A DNA stretch of 64,000 nucleotides from Ranitomeya imitator (taxonomy: Eukaryota): NCBI RefSeq assembly GCF_032444005.1, contig NC_091291.1, forward strand, positions 43,586,001 through 43,650,000, read 5' to 3'. Below the pieces are notes generated by a model. It worked only from the letters and a program-made list of their open reading frames with translations, ran no database searches and was not told where the DNA came from. The position numbers and the translations under genes are program-made. Position 1 is the stretch's first letter. Every line of letters begins with the position of its first letter. Positions 12,691-25,414 of the stretch are shown here, piece after piece.

Positions 12691-15600
12691 GTACCCCCCC
12701 CTTGAGGAGGGGTCACCGAACCCTCACCAGAACCCCCAGGCCGACCAGGATGAGCCACATGAAAGGCACGAACAAGATCTGGGGCATGGACATCAGAGGC
12801 AAAAACCCAGGAATTATCTTCCTGAGCATAACCCTTCCATTTGACCAGATACTGGAGTTTCCGTCTAGAGACACGAGAATCCAAAATCTTCTCCACAATA
12901 TACTCCAATTCCCCCTCCACCAAAACAGGGGCAGGAGGCTCCACAGATGGAACCATAGGTGCCACGTATCTCCTCAACAACGACCTATGGAATACATTAT
13001 GTATGGAAAAGGAGTCTGGGAGGGTCAGACGAAAAGACACCGGATTGAGAATCTCAGAAATCCTATACGGACCAATAAAACGAGGTTTAAATTTAGGAGA
13101 GGAAACCTTCATAGGAATATGACGAGAAGATAACCAAACCAAATCCCCAACACGAAGTCGGGGTCCCACACGGCGTCTGCGATTAGCGAAAAGCTGAGCC
13201 TTCTCCTGGGACAAGGTCAAATTGTCCACTACCTGAGTCCAGATCTGCTGCAACCTGTCCACCACAGAATCCACACCAGGACAGTCCGAAGACTCAACCT
13301 GTCCTGAAGAGAAACGAGGATGGAACCCAGAATTGCAGAAAAATGGAGAGACCAAGGTAGCCGAGCTGGCCCGATTATTAAGGGCGAACTCAGCCAACGG
13401 CAAAAATGACACCCAATCATCCTGGTCAGCGGAAACAAAACATCTCAGATATGTTTCCAAGGTCTGATTGGTTCGTTCGGTCTGGCCATTAGTCTGAGGA
13501 TGGAAGGCCGAGGAGAAAGATAGGTCAATGCCCATCCTACCACAAAAGGCTCGCCAGAACCTCGAGACAAACTGGGAACCTCTGTCAGAAACAATATTCT
13601 CAGGAATGCCATGTAAACGAACCACATGCTGGAAGAACAAAGACACCAAATCAGAGGAGGAAGGCAATTTAACCAAGGGCACCAGATGGACCATTTTAGA
13701 AAAGCGATCACAGACCACCCAAATGACCGACATTTTTTGAGAAACGGGAAGGTCAGAAATAAAATCCATCGAAATATGTGTCCAAGGCCTCTTCGGGACC
13801 GGCAAGGGCAAAAGCAACCCACTGGCACGTGAACAGCAGGGCTTAGCCCTAGCACAAATTCCATAGGACTGCACAAAAGCACGCACATCCCGTGACAGAG
13901 ATGGCCACCAGAAGGATCTAGCAACCAACTCCCTGGTACCAAAGATTCCTGGATGACCGGCCAGCACCGAACAATGAAGTTCAGAGATAACTTTACTAGT
14001 CCACCTATCAGGGACGAACAGTTTCTCGGCCGGACAACGATCAGGTTTATTAGCCTGAAATTTCTGCAACACTCTCCGCAAATCAGGGGAGATGGCAGAC
14101 ACAATGACTCCTTCCTTGAGGATACTCGCCGGCTCAGATAACCCCGGAGAGTCGGGCACAAAACTCCTAGACAGAGCATCCGCCTTCACATTTTTAGAGC
14201 CCGGAAGGTATGAAATCACAAAATCAAAACGAGCAAAAATAACGACCAACGGGCCTGTCTAGGATTCAAGCGCTTGGCAGACTCGAGATAAGTCAAGTTC
14301 TTATGATCAGTCAATACCACCACGCGATGCTTAGCACCCTCAAGCCAATGACGCCACTCCTCGAATGCCCACTTCATGGCCAGCAACTCTCGGTTGCCCA
14401 CATCATAATTACGCTCAGCAGCAGAAAATTTCCTGGAAAAGAAAGCACATGGTTTGAACACTGAGCAACCAGAACCTCTCTGTGACAAAACCGCCCCTGC
14501 ACCAATCTCAGAAGCATCAACCTCGACCTGGAACGGAAGAGAAACATCAGGTTGACACAACACAGGGGCACAGCAAAAACGACGCTTCAACTCCTGAAAA
14601 GCTTCCACGGCAGCAGAAGACCAATTAACCAAATCAGCACCCTTCTTGGTCAAATCGGTCAATGGTCTGGCAATGCTAGAAAAATTACAGATGAAGCGAC
14701 GATAAAAATTAGCAAAGCCCAGGAATTTCTGCAGACTTTTTAGAGATGTAGGCTGAGTCCAATCCTGGATGGCCTGAACCTTAACCGGATCCATCTCGAT
14801 AGTAGAAGGGGAAAAGATGAACCCCAAAAATGAAACTTTCTGCACACCGAAGAGACACTTTGATCCCTTCACGAACAAGGAATTAGCACGCAGTACCTGG
14901 AAAACCATTCTGACTTGCTTCACATGAGACTCCCAATCATCTGAGAAGATCAAAATGTCATCCAAGTAAACAATCAAGAATTTATCCAGATACTCACGGA
15001 AAATGTCATGCATAAAAGACTGAAAAACAGATGGAGCATTGGCAAGTCCGAACGGCATCACCAGATACTCAAAATGACCCTCGGGCGTATTAAATGCCGT
15101 TTTCCATTCATCTCCCTGCCTGATTCTCACCAGATTATACGCACCACGAAGATCAATCTTAGTAAACCAACTAGCCCCCTTAATCCAAGCAAACAAGTCA
15201 GAAATCAATGGCAAGGGATACTGAAACTTAACAGTGATCTTATTAAGAAGGCGGTAATAAATACACGGTCTTAGCGAACCATCCTTCTTGGCTACAAAAA
15301 AGAACCCTGCTCCCAATGGTGACGACGATGGGCGAATATGTCCCTTCTCCAGGGACTCCTTCACATAACTGCGCATAGCGGTGTGTTCAGGTACGGACAA
15401 ATTAAATAAACGACCCTTAGGGAATTTACTACCAGGAATCAAATCGATAGCACAATCACAATTCCTATGCGGAGGTAGGGCATCAGACTTGGACTCTTCA
15501 AATACATCCTGAAAGTCCGACAAGAACTCTGGGATGTCAGAAGGAATGGATGACGAAATAGACAAAAATGGAACATCACCATGTACTCCCTGACAACCCC

Positions 15601-16750
15601 AGCTGGTTACCGACATAGAGTTCCAATCCAATACTGGATTATGGGTTTGTAGCCATGGCAACCCCAACACGACCACATCATGCAAATTATGCAGTACCAG
15701 AAAGCGAATAACTTCCTGATGTGCAGGAGCCATGCAAATGGTCAGCTGGGCCCAGTACTGAGGCTTATTCTTGGCCAAAGGTGTAGCATCAATTCCTCTC
15801 AACGGAATAGGACACCGCAAAGGCTCCAAGAAAAATCCACAACGTTTAGCATAATCCAAATCCATCAGATTCAGGGCAGCGCCTGAATCCACAAACGCCA
15901 TGACAGAATACGATGACAAAGAGCACATTAAGGTAATGGACAAAAGGAATTTGGACTGTACAGTACCAATAACGGCAGAGCTATCGAACCGCCTAGTGCG
16001 TTTAGGACAATTAGAAATAGCATGAGTAGAATCACCACAATAGAAACACAGTCTGTTCAGACGTCTGTGTTCTTGCCGTTCTACTTTAGTCATAGTCCTG
16101 TCGCACTGCATAGGCTCAGGTTTACTCTCAGGCAGTACCGCCAGATGGTGCACAGATTTACGCTCGCGCAAGCGACGACCGATCTGAATGGCCAAGGACA
16201 TAGACTCATTCAAACCAGCAGGCATAGGAAATCCCACCATTACATCCTTAAGAGCTTCAGAGAGACCCTTTCTGAACAAAGCCGCTAGTGCAGATTCATT
16301 CCACAGAGTGAGTACTGACCATTTCCTAAATTTCTGACAATATACTTCTACATCATCCTGACCCTGGCATAAAGCCAGCAGATTTTTCTCAGCCTGATCC
16401 ACTGAATTAGGCTCATCGTAAAGCAATCCGAGCGCCAGGAAAAATGCATCAACATTACTCAATGCAGAATCTCCTGGTGCAAGAGAAAACGCCCAGTCCT
16501 GTGGGTCGCCGCGCAAAAAAGAAATAATAATCAAAACCTGTTGAATAGGATTACCAGAAGAATGAGGTTTCAAGGCCAAAAATAGCTTACAATTATTTCT
16601 GAAGCTCAGGAACTTAGTTCTGTCACCAAAAAACAAATCAGGAATCGGAATTCTTGGTTCTAGCATCGATTTCTGATCAATAGTATCTTGAATCTTTTAT
16701 ACATTTACAACGAGATTATCCATTGAGGAGCACAGAGCCTGAATATCCAT
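12570..16750 (-). pseudogene. Gypsy-1 gag-pol with one premature stop and one frameshift
   Basis: ATG at 16750 (MDIQAL), in-frame TAA at 16697-16699, then 816-aa ORF (CFYCGDSTHAISNC knuckle, VDSGA protease, YLDD RT, RNase H). A 1-nt loss in a T-run near 14236 shifts to the integrase/chromodomain ORF 12570-14249. Confidence 0.92.
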
Positions 16751-16882
16751 GTCCACAGCTGTGTCCTGAAGCACTCTAATGTCTAGGGGAAAAAAAAGAC
16801 TGAAGACAGAGCTAAGAAAAAAAAATGATGTCAGGATTTCTTTTTTCCCTCTATTGGGAATCATTGGTGAGGCTCCTTGTAC

Positions 16883-17632
16883 TGTTATGGCTGGCAATCA
16901 GGCAACACAGTGTGCAGTAATCAGCGCACATACAGAGATCTGGCAATAACCAAAAACAATAGGACGAGCTCTGAGACGTGGAATCTCTGTAGACTGCAGT
17001 ACCTGATCTATCCTCACACAACTATAAGCAGCAGTGGATTGCGCCTAACAACTACCTATGCAACTCGGCACTGCCTGAGGAGCTGACTAGCCTGAAGATA
17101 GAAATACAAGCCTGACTTACCTCAGAGAAAAACCACAAAGAAATAGGCAGCCCCCCACATATAATGACTGTTAGCAAGATGAAAAGACAAACGTAGGAAT
17201 GAAATAGATTCAGCAAAGTGAGGCCCGATATTCTAGACAGAGCGAGGATAGCAAAGAGAACTATGCAGTCTACAAAAAACCCTAAAACGAAAACCACGCA
17301 AAGGGGCAAAAAGACCCACCGTGCCGAACTAACAGCACGGCGGTGCACCCCTCTGCTTCTCAGAGCTTCCAGCAAAAGACAATAGCAAGCTGGACAGAAA
17401 AAAACAGAAAACAAACTAGAAGCACTTATCTAGCAGAGCAGCAGGCCCAAGGAAAGATGCAGTAGCTCAGATCCAACACTGGAACATTGACAAGGAGCAA
17501 GGAAGACAGACTCAGGTGGAGCTAAATAGCAAGGCAGCCAACGAGCTCACCAAAACACCTGAGGGAGGAAGCCCAGAGACTGCAATACCACTTGTGACCA
17601 CAGAAGTGAACTCAGCCACAGAATTCACAACA
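16883..17632 (-). repeat. Gypsy-1 5' LTR (750 bp)
   Basis: TGTTGTGAATTC...CCATAACA on the minus strand; TATTTA box at plus 17523-17528. Confidence 0.95.
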
Positions 17633-18291
17633 CAAACCATACTATTTTACCAACACCTCCTCCCATTTTTCTTCATCATACTTTACTAGGCGGTCCTTCT
17701 GTCTCCACTTCACCCTACGGGGGACTACATCTCACACTGCGGGCTGGCACCTCAAGACATGTTACTCCCCTCAGTAGGAAAAATCTCTAGAGGTCTGGAC
17801 AGTTCTTTGTGCCCTTTTCATATCTTCTATGCCCATCATGGGCAGATTCTTCTTGTACTATGCCACTAACTGACATTTTTAAGTTTGTACTTGGTGCCAT
17901 TTTTGACATCGTAATGCTTGCCATCCTCCATTGCAATTTGAGTCTTCCCCGCATCCCTTGGTTCTTTCTTGTGCGAGATTCGATCCTACTGATTACACCA
18001 AGAATAACGTGGCATGACACAGTAGCTGCAGGAAAGGTAATTGTCTCTTACGCCCGGGCACGTTACTTGAAGGTTGGGGTCCTGGATGGGTGTGTGGACT
18101 TTGTCTAACGGGGTGTTACGCTATATGCTGCCGGTGACTTTGGCTGGCCAGGACTAGATGTTGAGGATTTCAATGAGGTAGATCACCAGTCAAAAATAAA
18201 CTTTTCATTTAACGATAACTTGTTGCGGATTATGTACTAGAAATAGCAAGTACTTCGCTTAATGAACATTTTCTGCAATACACTGAGCATT

Positions 18292-18329
<38 letters not shown>

Positions 18330-18331
<2 letters not shown>

Positions 18332-18626
18332 TACAGAGGAAAACAGAGCAGCACAACAGACAAAATAGAGAGTCCGGGTGCAAAAAAAGCTCCCAAAGGC
18401 AAAGACCAAACCTTATATGCAGAAATCCAAAAAACAGGAGCAGTAGTTAGAGGAAAAAAGGAGCTTCTTTTATTTAGCCCATGACAGCAACGTTTTGGTC
18501 CAAGAAAGTGAACCTTTTTCAAGCAGTGCTCACTTTCTTAGACCGAAACGTCGCTGTCATGAGCTAAATAAAAGTAGCTTTTTTTATCCACTAACTATGA
18601 TGTGCTGCTCCTGTTTTTTGGATTCT
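18330..18626. mobile_element. Fold-back fragment resembling a Penelope pseudo-LTR, between (AAT)n tracts
   Basis: Imperfect inverted repeat ~18423-18514 / ~18530-18626 containing GACC-GAAAC-GTC, the 3' half of a hammerhead. Confidence 0.5.
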
Positions 18627-18863
18627 TAATGATAATAATAATAATAATGATAATAATAATAATCTTTATTTTTATATAGCGCTAACATATTCCGCAGCGC
18701 TTTACAGTTTGCACACATTATCATCGCTGTCTCCGATGGGGCTCACAATTTAAATTCCCTATCAGTACGTCTTTGGAATGTGTGAGGAAACCGGAGAACC
18801 CGGAGGAAACCCACGCAAACACGGGGAGAACATACAAACTCCTTGCAGATGTTGTCCTTGGTT
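18627..18863 (-). mobile_element. V-SINE, 5'-truncated (no tRNA head)
   Basis: Reverse complement of 31413-31690: V-domain GTTTGTATGTTCTCCCCGTGTTTGCGTGGGTTTCCTCCGGG, L2-type tail, (ATT)n. Confidence 0.88.
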
Positions 18864-21236
18864 ACACACAATCTCATTTCCTTTCTTTTAACTCACTTAT
18901 TTTTTGACTCTACAAGTTCACCTGCCTCATCACAGCCCAGTCCAGTAATTGAGAGTCCTATTCTCAACCTGTGGTTCCGTGTCCTCTTCCCTCTTAAGAG
19001 AACTAGTTTGCCAATGTGGTCGGTACTTAGCTTCCTGATGCCTTGGAACTCCAGCCTAGGGCACTCTCTTCTTCTCACGCTCTCTGTTCCATCTTGGCCC
19101 ATTACCTCTCTCAGTTATAAACTTGGGGCCTGTCCGACCCATCTCCAGTGCATCACTCTGTACTTTTGTCACTTTTCTCTTTCCTTCTCTCTACTCAAGA
19201 TCATGCTATCCATTGCCTTGGTCTCGACTCACGTCAGGAACACCCACGTCATGCGGCTCTGCTCAGAAGTCAGACCATAGGTCCTCTTTACTGCACGCTG
19301 GGCTCTACCTAACTTTCTGATAGGAAACTGTTTCTGTCCCTTCACCTTAGCCCCTCTCACTCAGGGCTAGTCCCAAATAATAACCCTAACTCTCCCTACT
19401 GTCTGGCAAAATACAATCCAATAACGCCTCACAATGCACATTATACAGCATAACAATACTCATGTCTTCAAGGGGTAACTTGGGCAGTATGTCCATCTCC
19501 TTACATTGTCAAGGGACACTTCTTTTCTAGCATAGATTGTACAAAGCAAAAAAAAAAGCCTTTAAAAAAAAACTGAGTTCTGACTGGTTAGTATGGAGAA
19601 CAAGGCCAATTTTTGTGAAGGGATTTTTTGATGTTTGAATGCATGTATTTTTAGCTTAGAATCATTTTTATAATTGGGCTTCATTAAACGTATTGCACCG
19701 TTTTCCTCCTGTAACCTTGATGCTGATGAGTTAACTAATAATCTGTCTTTGACCTCATTCTGATGACTCTTTTATCAGTATTTTTTTTAGCTTCTTTCAT
19801 CTGATATAGGACCACAGACAATGTTCAGGAAAACACAGAGGATGAAAAAGCCAAAATGTGCAACATTTTTAATGAATCCCAATTGTAAAAATGTTTTTTT
19901 TTTTTTAACTCCAAATACATGCATTTAAGTTAAAAAAAATAGTCCCCAAAGGTTTTAACAGTACAACACAACATAAACGTCCATTATTTAGTGCCAATAA
20001 TTATCCAACTGTATATATTAATTAATATAAGCAGAATTTACAATCAAATATTTTGGGTTAAGCAATAGCACGTCCTTCGTCCACAGTGAAGCCTCAAGCA
20101 GAAGGTATATTCTATTTTTTTTCTCAGCAGGATGAACTTTACGATACAATAATGAAGTATAATGATGTTTTTTTCTAAATTGCTCCTGTTCATTTTTAAT
20201 CATCTGTGCTTCATTGTTCTATCACAATATGCCATCCTATTACCTTTCAGTGTTATGCAGCGGAATAATATGGTCATGATCATAGTTTATGGCTGTAGTT
20301 CAATCCTAAACGAACTATCAATACAGTTGTGTTTCCTTCACAATGAAAAACAGATCATGATTGGAATTTCATTTGCATAAACCTTTCCGGGCCGCACGTC
20401 ATTTTTTATTGTATGGTATTTGGGAGTTTTCTGCCAAGATTCCAGAATGGATGAAGAGGGCACCAGAGAAGCACAAAACCTTAGTTCGGTGACATTTCCG
20501 CACTCATTGATTATAATGAAGTTGGCAAGCTGTTGACAGTTTGATGGTGGTCACAGCTGGCATCGCATACGCATGCCGCAATTCATTAAAAAATGGACTC
20601 CTGTAACTCATAAGCGTCTAAATGTGAGACGTGAAGTTGGCGCGACCCAATGTCACTGCAACCATTTCTATCATATCCATATCAAAGCATTTCCTTGGCA
20701 CGTTGGTGGGCGCGTTATGCCGAATAGAATCAGATCTATTGTAGATGGATTTATCAGGTCGTTCTGAAATAGAACTCGAAAGTGGCACCATTTGACCCCC
20801 TAGGATTCGCTCTGAAAATTTTGGGTTTTGTCTTTTTTTCTATCATACTCATGGTTAAAAGCCTAGTCTTCGAAATTCTAATGCAACAAGCAATGTGCCC
20901 ATTATCTATTGTGTCCCGAGGCGCTTCTCGTTTTATTGCCTCTTTTAAACCTGAAGTTACATAACTATCGAAAGCAACTGAGAACAGAAGCACAAAGCTG
21001 GGTTGTAAATGTATTATTTATTTCTTCGCTTTAACGCCTGCAAACCATTTTCCTTTTCTCATTTTACAAGCTGGCAATAAAATTCTCGAGTAAGACAAAT
21101 TTTTAGATTTTGTTACCCTTCCTCTGTAAGGTCAAGTTGGCAACGGCGCATTTTAAGTCCAAGTGTTGTCCGTGAAAAAACGGACTGCACATGGACAGTA
21201 CTAAGACCAATGATGGGAGGGGTGTAGTATGATAAT

Positions 21237-21720
21237 TGTCACAGTTCCACCCTTCATGGTGTTTGGGATGCAGTTACTGACAGCACGGCCGTCCTATCCG
21301 GTACAGGGGCATGCTGGAGCTGTCAGTACTTTGATGGATAGCATGGCCATCCAATCTGGGATTGTGTTGATTGACAGCTTGACTATCCAATCTGTGACAG
21401 GGAGGCGTCGGCTGTCTCCAGGTGTTCACTACCCCATGTGATTGCCATGTCTACTCAACTGAGCAGCTTCTCCCAGACCACTGCCAGACGTACATTCAGC
21501 CTGTGATGTTTGTTCTCCTGTGCCTTGAGTTCTGCATGCTTGATCTGTTGCCTGACCTTGGACTTTGTTCTGACTACTCGCCTGTTTAATCCATTCAACT
21601 CTGATCCTTTATCCTCCCAGTACTCTGACCTCGGAACTTTACCTGACTATGCCTTTGTCTCTTCCTTCTGTTTGACGTACCCTCCTGGCTTCTGACCTAT
21701 GACTTCTTGACACCGCTAAC
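21237..21720 (+). mobile_element. Old LTR-like remnant (same family as 57296-57905)
   Basis: Starts TGTCACAGTTCCACCC and aligns by eye to the reverse complement of 57296-57905, including TGACAGC / CCAATCTG repeats. Confidence 0.55.
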
Positions 21721-22789
21721 TCATGGCTTGGCCGTGAGAAGTGACTAGCGTCACAATAATGAAGAAAGAGGCAGAGATTTATTCCAGGCACCGTACGTCC
21801 CAAAATACGATTTCTCAACAACCAGACCGCAAATGTGAGGCAGACAGGTAGCATTAGTTTAACATTTCTATCACCTCTATGCTCATATTGATAGGTCATA
21901 TACGTCCCGTGGGGGGGTCACAGATTTCCTTTAGTGTTCTGTATTTTTAACTGATTTACCGTAGTTAGCCAAGACATTTTTTGACTTTAAGTATAAAATC
22001 TGTTCTGCCACTTTGATAACACATTATAAATGTCAAATCCCTTGTTTCCTCTTTACAGACAGTTTTCTTTAAAAATAAGACCTTGCAAAATCATAGGACT
22101 GTAATGGCAAATTCATGTAGTAACCTTTCTTCAACAACTATTGAGATACATGCAAGATAAGAAATAAGAGGCAGAATGTATTTTCTAAACAGTGCTTATC
22201 AAATGTCAAAAGAAAATACTCGAACAGCGGACCTTTTTGAGAATAGCCTTCCATCGCTTGACGCTTGTTGCTTACTAGGAATAAATACTGTAAGTCTCTT
22301 ATATGTCTCAGAATGATGATGAGCAAGTGCAATATTCCTGCAAACTGACCCAGGGGCGGATTATCAGAGGGTCAATATGGGCGGTAGCCCAGAGCCCAGT
22401 GGTCTGGGGGGGGCCCTGGGCTACCGCACAGATTGACCCTCCGCTAATCGTCTGAATGCCCGCCGGCATTTATGTGCCCCCGCCGTACCTGGTGGGCAGA
22501 GAGAGGGGGCCCGCATTGGGCCCCTTCTCATCTGCTCACCGGGCCCTTTCCGGCGCTGCGGCGGTTTTCTATTGACGTGCGGGCGCGTGCCCGCACGTCA
22601 ATAGTTAACAACAACAGCCGCCAGCCAATTGGAGGCTGGCAGCTGATGTCGGCCACAGCGCACACGTCGCCGGCGTCTGACGTCATTGTCAGTCGCCGGC
22701 GAGTGTGCGCTGCTGAAGGGAGCTCACCGCCTGGAGCGCGGACAGGTGAGGAGACTGTTTGTTTTTTTTGTTTTTTTTATCAGTTAATG

Positions 22790-24330
22790 GTGGACACACT
22801 GGGGGGCAATGCAGGACACACTGGTCTGGGGGCAATGCTGGAGACACTGGGGCAGATTGCTAGAGACAGTGGGCAGATTGTTGGAGACAGTGGGGCAATG
22901 CTGGAGACAGTGGGGCAATGCTGGAGACAATGGGGCAATGCTGGAGACAGTGGGGCAGATTGCTGGAGGACACACTGGGGCAATGCTGGAGACTCTGGGA
23001 CAGATTGCTGGAGACACTGGGGCAGATTGCTGGAGACACTGGGGCAGATTGTTGGAGACAGTGGGGCAATGCTGGAGACAGTGGGGCAATGCTGGAGACA
23101 GTGGGGCAGATTGCTGGAGGACACACTGGGGGCAATGCTGGAGACACTGGGGCAGATTGCTGGAGACAGTGGGGCAGATTGTTGGAGACAGTGGGGCAAT
23201 GCTAGAGACAGTGGGGCAGATTGCTGGAGGAGACAGTGGGGCAGATTGCTGGAGACACTGGGGCAGATTGCTGGAGACAGTGGGGCAATGCTGGAGACAG
23301 TGGGGTAGATTGCTGGAGGACACACTGGGGCCAATGCTGGAGACACTAGGGCAGATTGCTGGAGACAGTGGGGCAGATTGCTGGAGACCGTGGGGCAGAC
23401 TGCTGGAGACAGTGGGGCAATGCTGGAGACAGTGGGGCAGATTGCTGGAGGACACACTGGGGGCAATGCTGGAGACAGTGGGGCAGATTGCTGGAGACAG
23501 TGGGGCAGATTGCTGGAGACAGTGGCGCAGATTGCTGGAGACAGTGGGGCAATGCTGGAGACAGTGGGGCAATGCTGGAGACAGTGGGGCAATGCTGGAG
23601 GACACACTGGGGCAATGCTGGAGACAGTGGGGCAGATTGCTGGAGACAGTGGGGCAGATTGCTGGAGACAGTGGGGCAATGCTGGAGACAGTGGGGCAAT
23701 GCTGGAGACAGTGGGGCAATGCTGGAGGACACTGGGGCAATGCTGGAGGACACACTGGGGCAATGCTGGAGACACTGGGGCAGATTGCTGGAGGACACAC
23801 TGGGGCAATGCTGGAGACACTGGGGCAGATTGTTGGAGACAGTGGGGGCAATGCTGGAGACAGTGGGGGCAATGCTGGAGACAGTGGGGCAATGCTGGAG
23901 ACAGTGGGGCAATGCTGGAGACAGTGGGGCAGATTGCTGGAGGACACACTGGGGGCAATGCTGGAGACACTGGGGCAGATTGCTGGAGACAGTGGGGCAG
24001 ATTGCTGGAGACAGTGGGGCAGATTGCTGGAGACAGTGGGGCAGTGCTGGAGACAGTGGGGCAGTGCTGGAGACAGTGGGGCATATTGCTGGAGGACACA
24101 CTGGGGGCAATGCTGGAGACAGTGGGGCAGATTGCTGGAGACAGTGGGGCAGATTGCTGGAGACAGTGGGGCAGATTGCTGGAGACACTGGGGCAATGCT
24201 GAAGACACTGGGACAATGCTGGAGACACTGGGGCAGATTGCTGGAAACACTGGGGGTAATATGCTGGACACACTGGGGGTAATATGCTGGACACACTGGG
24301 GGTAATATGCTGGACACACTGGGGGCAGGA
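22790..24330. repeat. G-rich minisatellite, 20-25-bp units (TGGGGCA[GAT/A]TGCTGGAGACAG)
   Basis: About 1.5 kb of variant units; source of the long low-complexity ORFs on both strands. Confidence 0.96.
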
Positions 24331-25350
24331 CTGGAGGCATGGGCAGAATGGAGACACAGGGTAGAATGAAAGACATGGGGCAGGATTGGATCATGGGGCA
24401 GGATGGATACGATGGAGACAGATGGGGCAGGATGGGGAGATCATATGGTGTAGAATGGATACTCATGAGTGCAGGATGGGAGAACATATGGCTGGAGCCA
24501 GGAATGAGACACACGGGGCCAGGATGGGGAATATTATTACCATAGGGGCTAATTAAGGGATATTATTACTGCAGTGATGTATTTATTTTATTTTTTGAGT
24601 ATACTGTTTTAAATGGGGGGGGGGGGCGGTCCTGTTACTGTGCAGAGTGACACTATATCGCCTTTTTTTCTTCATGTGGTGTAATTTAGAAGTTGTGAAA
24701 AATTAAGTAATGTGTTCTGCAAGCGGAGCTCAAGGTAACTGTGTTATTTCCTGCAGAAACGAGTCCTGGCTGGAAGAAATGATGGCGGTCTGTGCTGGAT
24801 GAAAGATGAAGGACTTCACCTAGAGACGTCACTGGTGAGTCAGTGTTACCTATACACTGACACTATACACTGTATACTATATACAGAGGTCCTGTGTACA
24901 ATGTCACCAGTGATCTCTGTATTACCTCTACACAGACACTGCATACTAAGTACAGATCTCCTGTGAACACTGGCACTTATGGTGATAGTATTGTGTTTTG
25001 TTTTTTATTTTATTACTGATCAGTATTGTAGTATTCAGTCACTATGTGGTGGTAATATGTGGTCTGGAAATGGTGTTGTGGTATTTGTCCCTTGTATGTG
25101 CTATTTGGTCACCAAGTGGTAATGTGTGGTCTTGACATGGTACGGTGGTATTTGTTCCTTGTATGTGATATTATTCGATCACTGTGGTTGTAATTTGTGG
25201 TCTGGTCATGGTGCGGTGGTATTTGTTCCTTGTATGTGATATTATTGGTCAAGATATACCTAAATTGTATTGCAGATTTTAACAAATATTTAATAGGTTA
25301 CAGTAGAGTAGGGCCCGGCCCTTTTTCTGGAATAATCTGGTTCGGGTATA

Positions 25351-25414
25351 TCATGACCCCCGTCACATGACCCCCGTCACATGACCCCCGTCACATGACC
25401 CCCGTCACATGACC
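25351..25414. repeat. 14-bp tandem repeat (GTCACATGACCCCC) x4
   Basis: Direct reading; subterminal in the hAT element. Confidence 0.9.

Larger units (their letters stand above)
11951..17632 (-). mobile_element. Gypsy-1: chromodomain Ty3/Gypsy LTR retrotransposon, near full length
   Basis: TG...CA LTRs at 11951-12690 and 16883-17632 (I see two substitutions and a 10-bp indel). TSD CAAACC on both sides. PPT next to 12691. Order gag-PR-RT-RH-IN-chromodomain. Confidence 0.97.

Noticed and set aside
14216-14249. Programmed frameshift in Gypsy-1 pol
   Set aside because: It falls at the end of RNase H where Gypsy-2 is continuous; a single T lost from a homopolymer, so mutation or sequencing error.
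12702-16288. Antisense and alternate-frame ORFs inside the Gypsy elements, including a possible env
   Set aside because: Short shadows of gag-pol. No extra ORF lies between integrase and PPT in any copy, so there is no env-like gene.
17640-18290. Possible degraded RT fragment after Gypsy-1
   Set aside because: Only vague resemblance; no diagnostic motif in any frame.
22780-24545. Many long ORFs (up to 576 aa) on both strands
   Set aside because: Translations of a minisatellite lacking stops in several frames; low complexity, no domain.
24760-24845. Exon-like CTGCAG...GGTGAGT segment
   Set aside because: Lies inside the non-autonomous hAT element; no evidence of host use.
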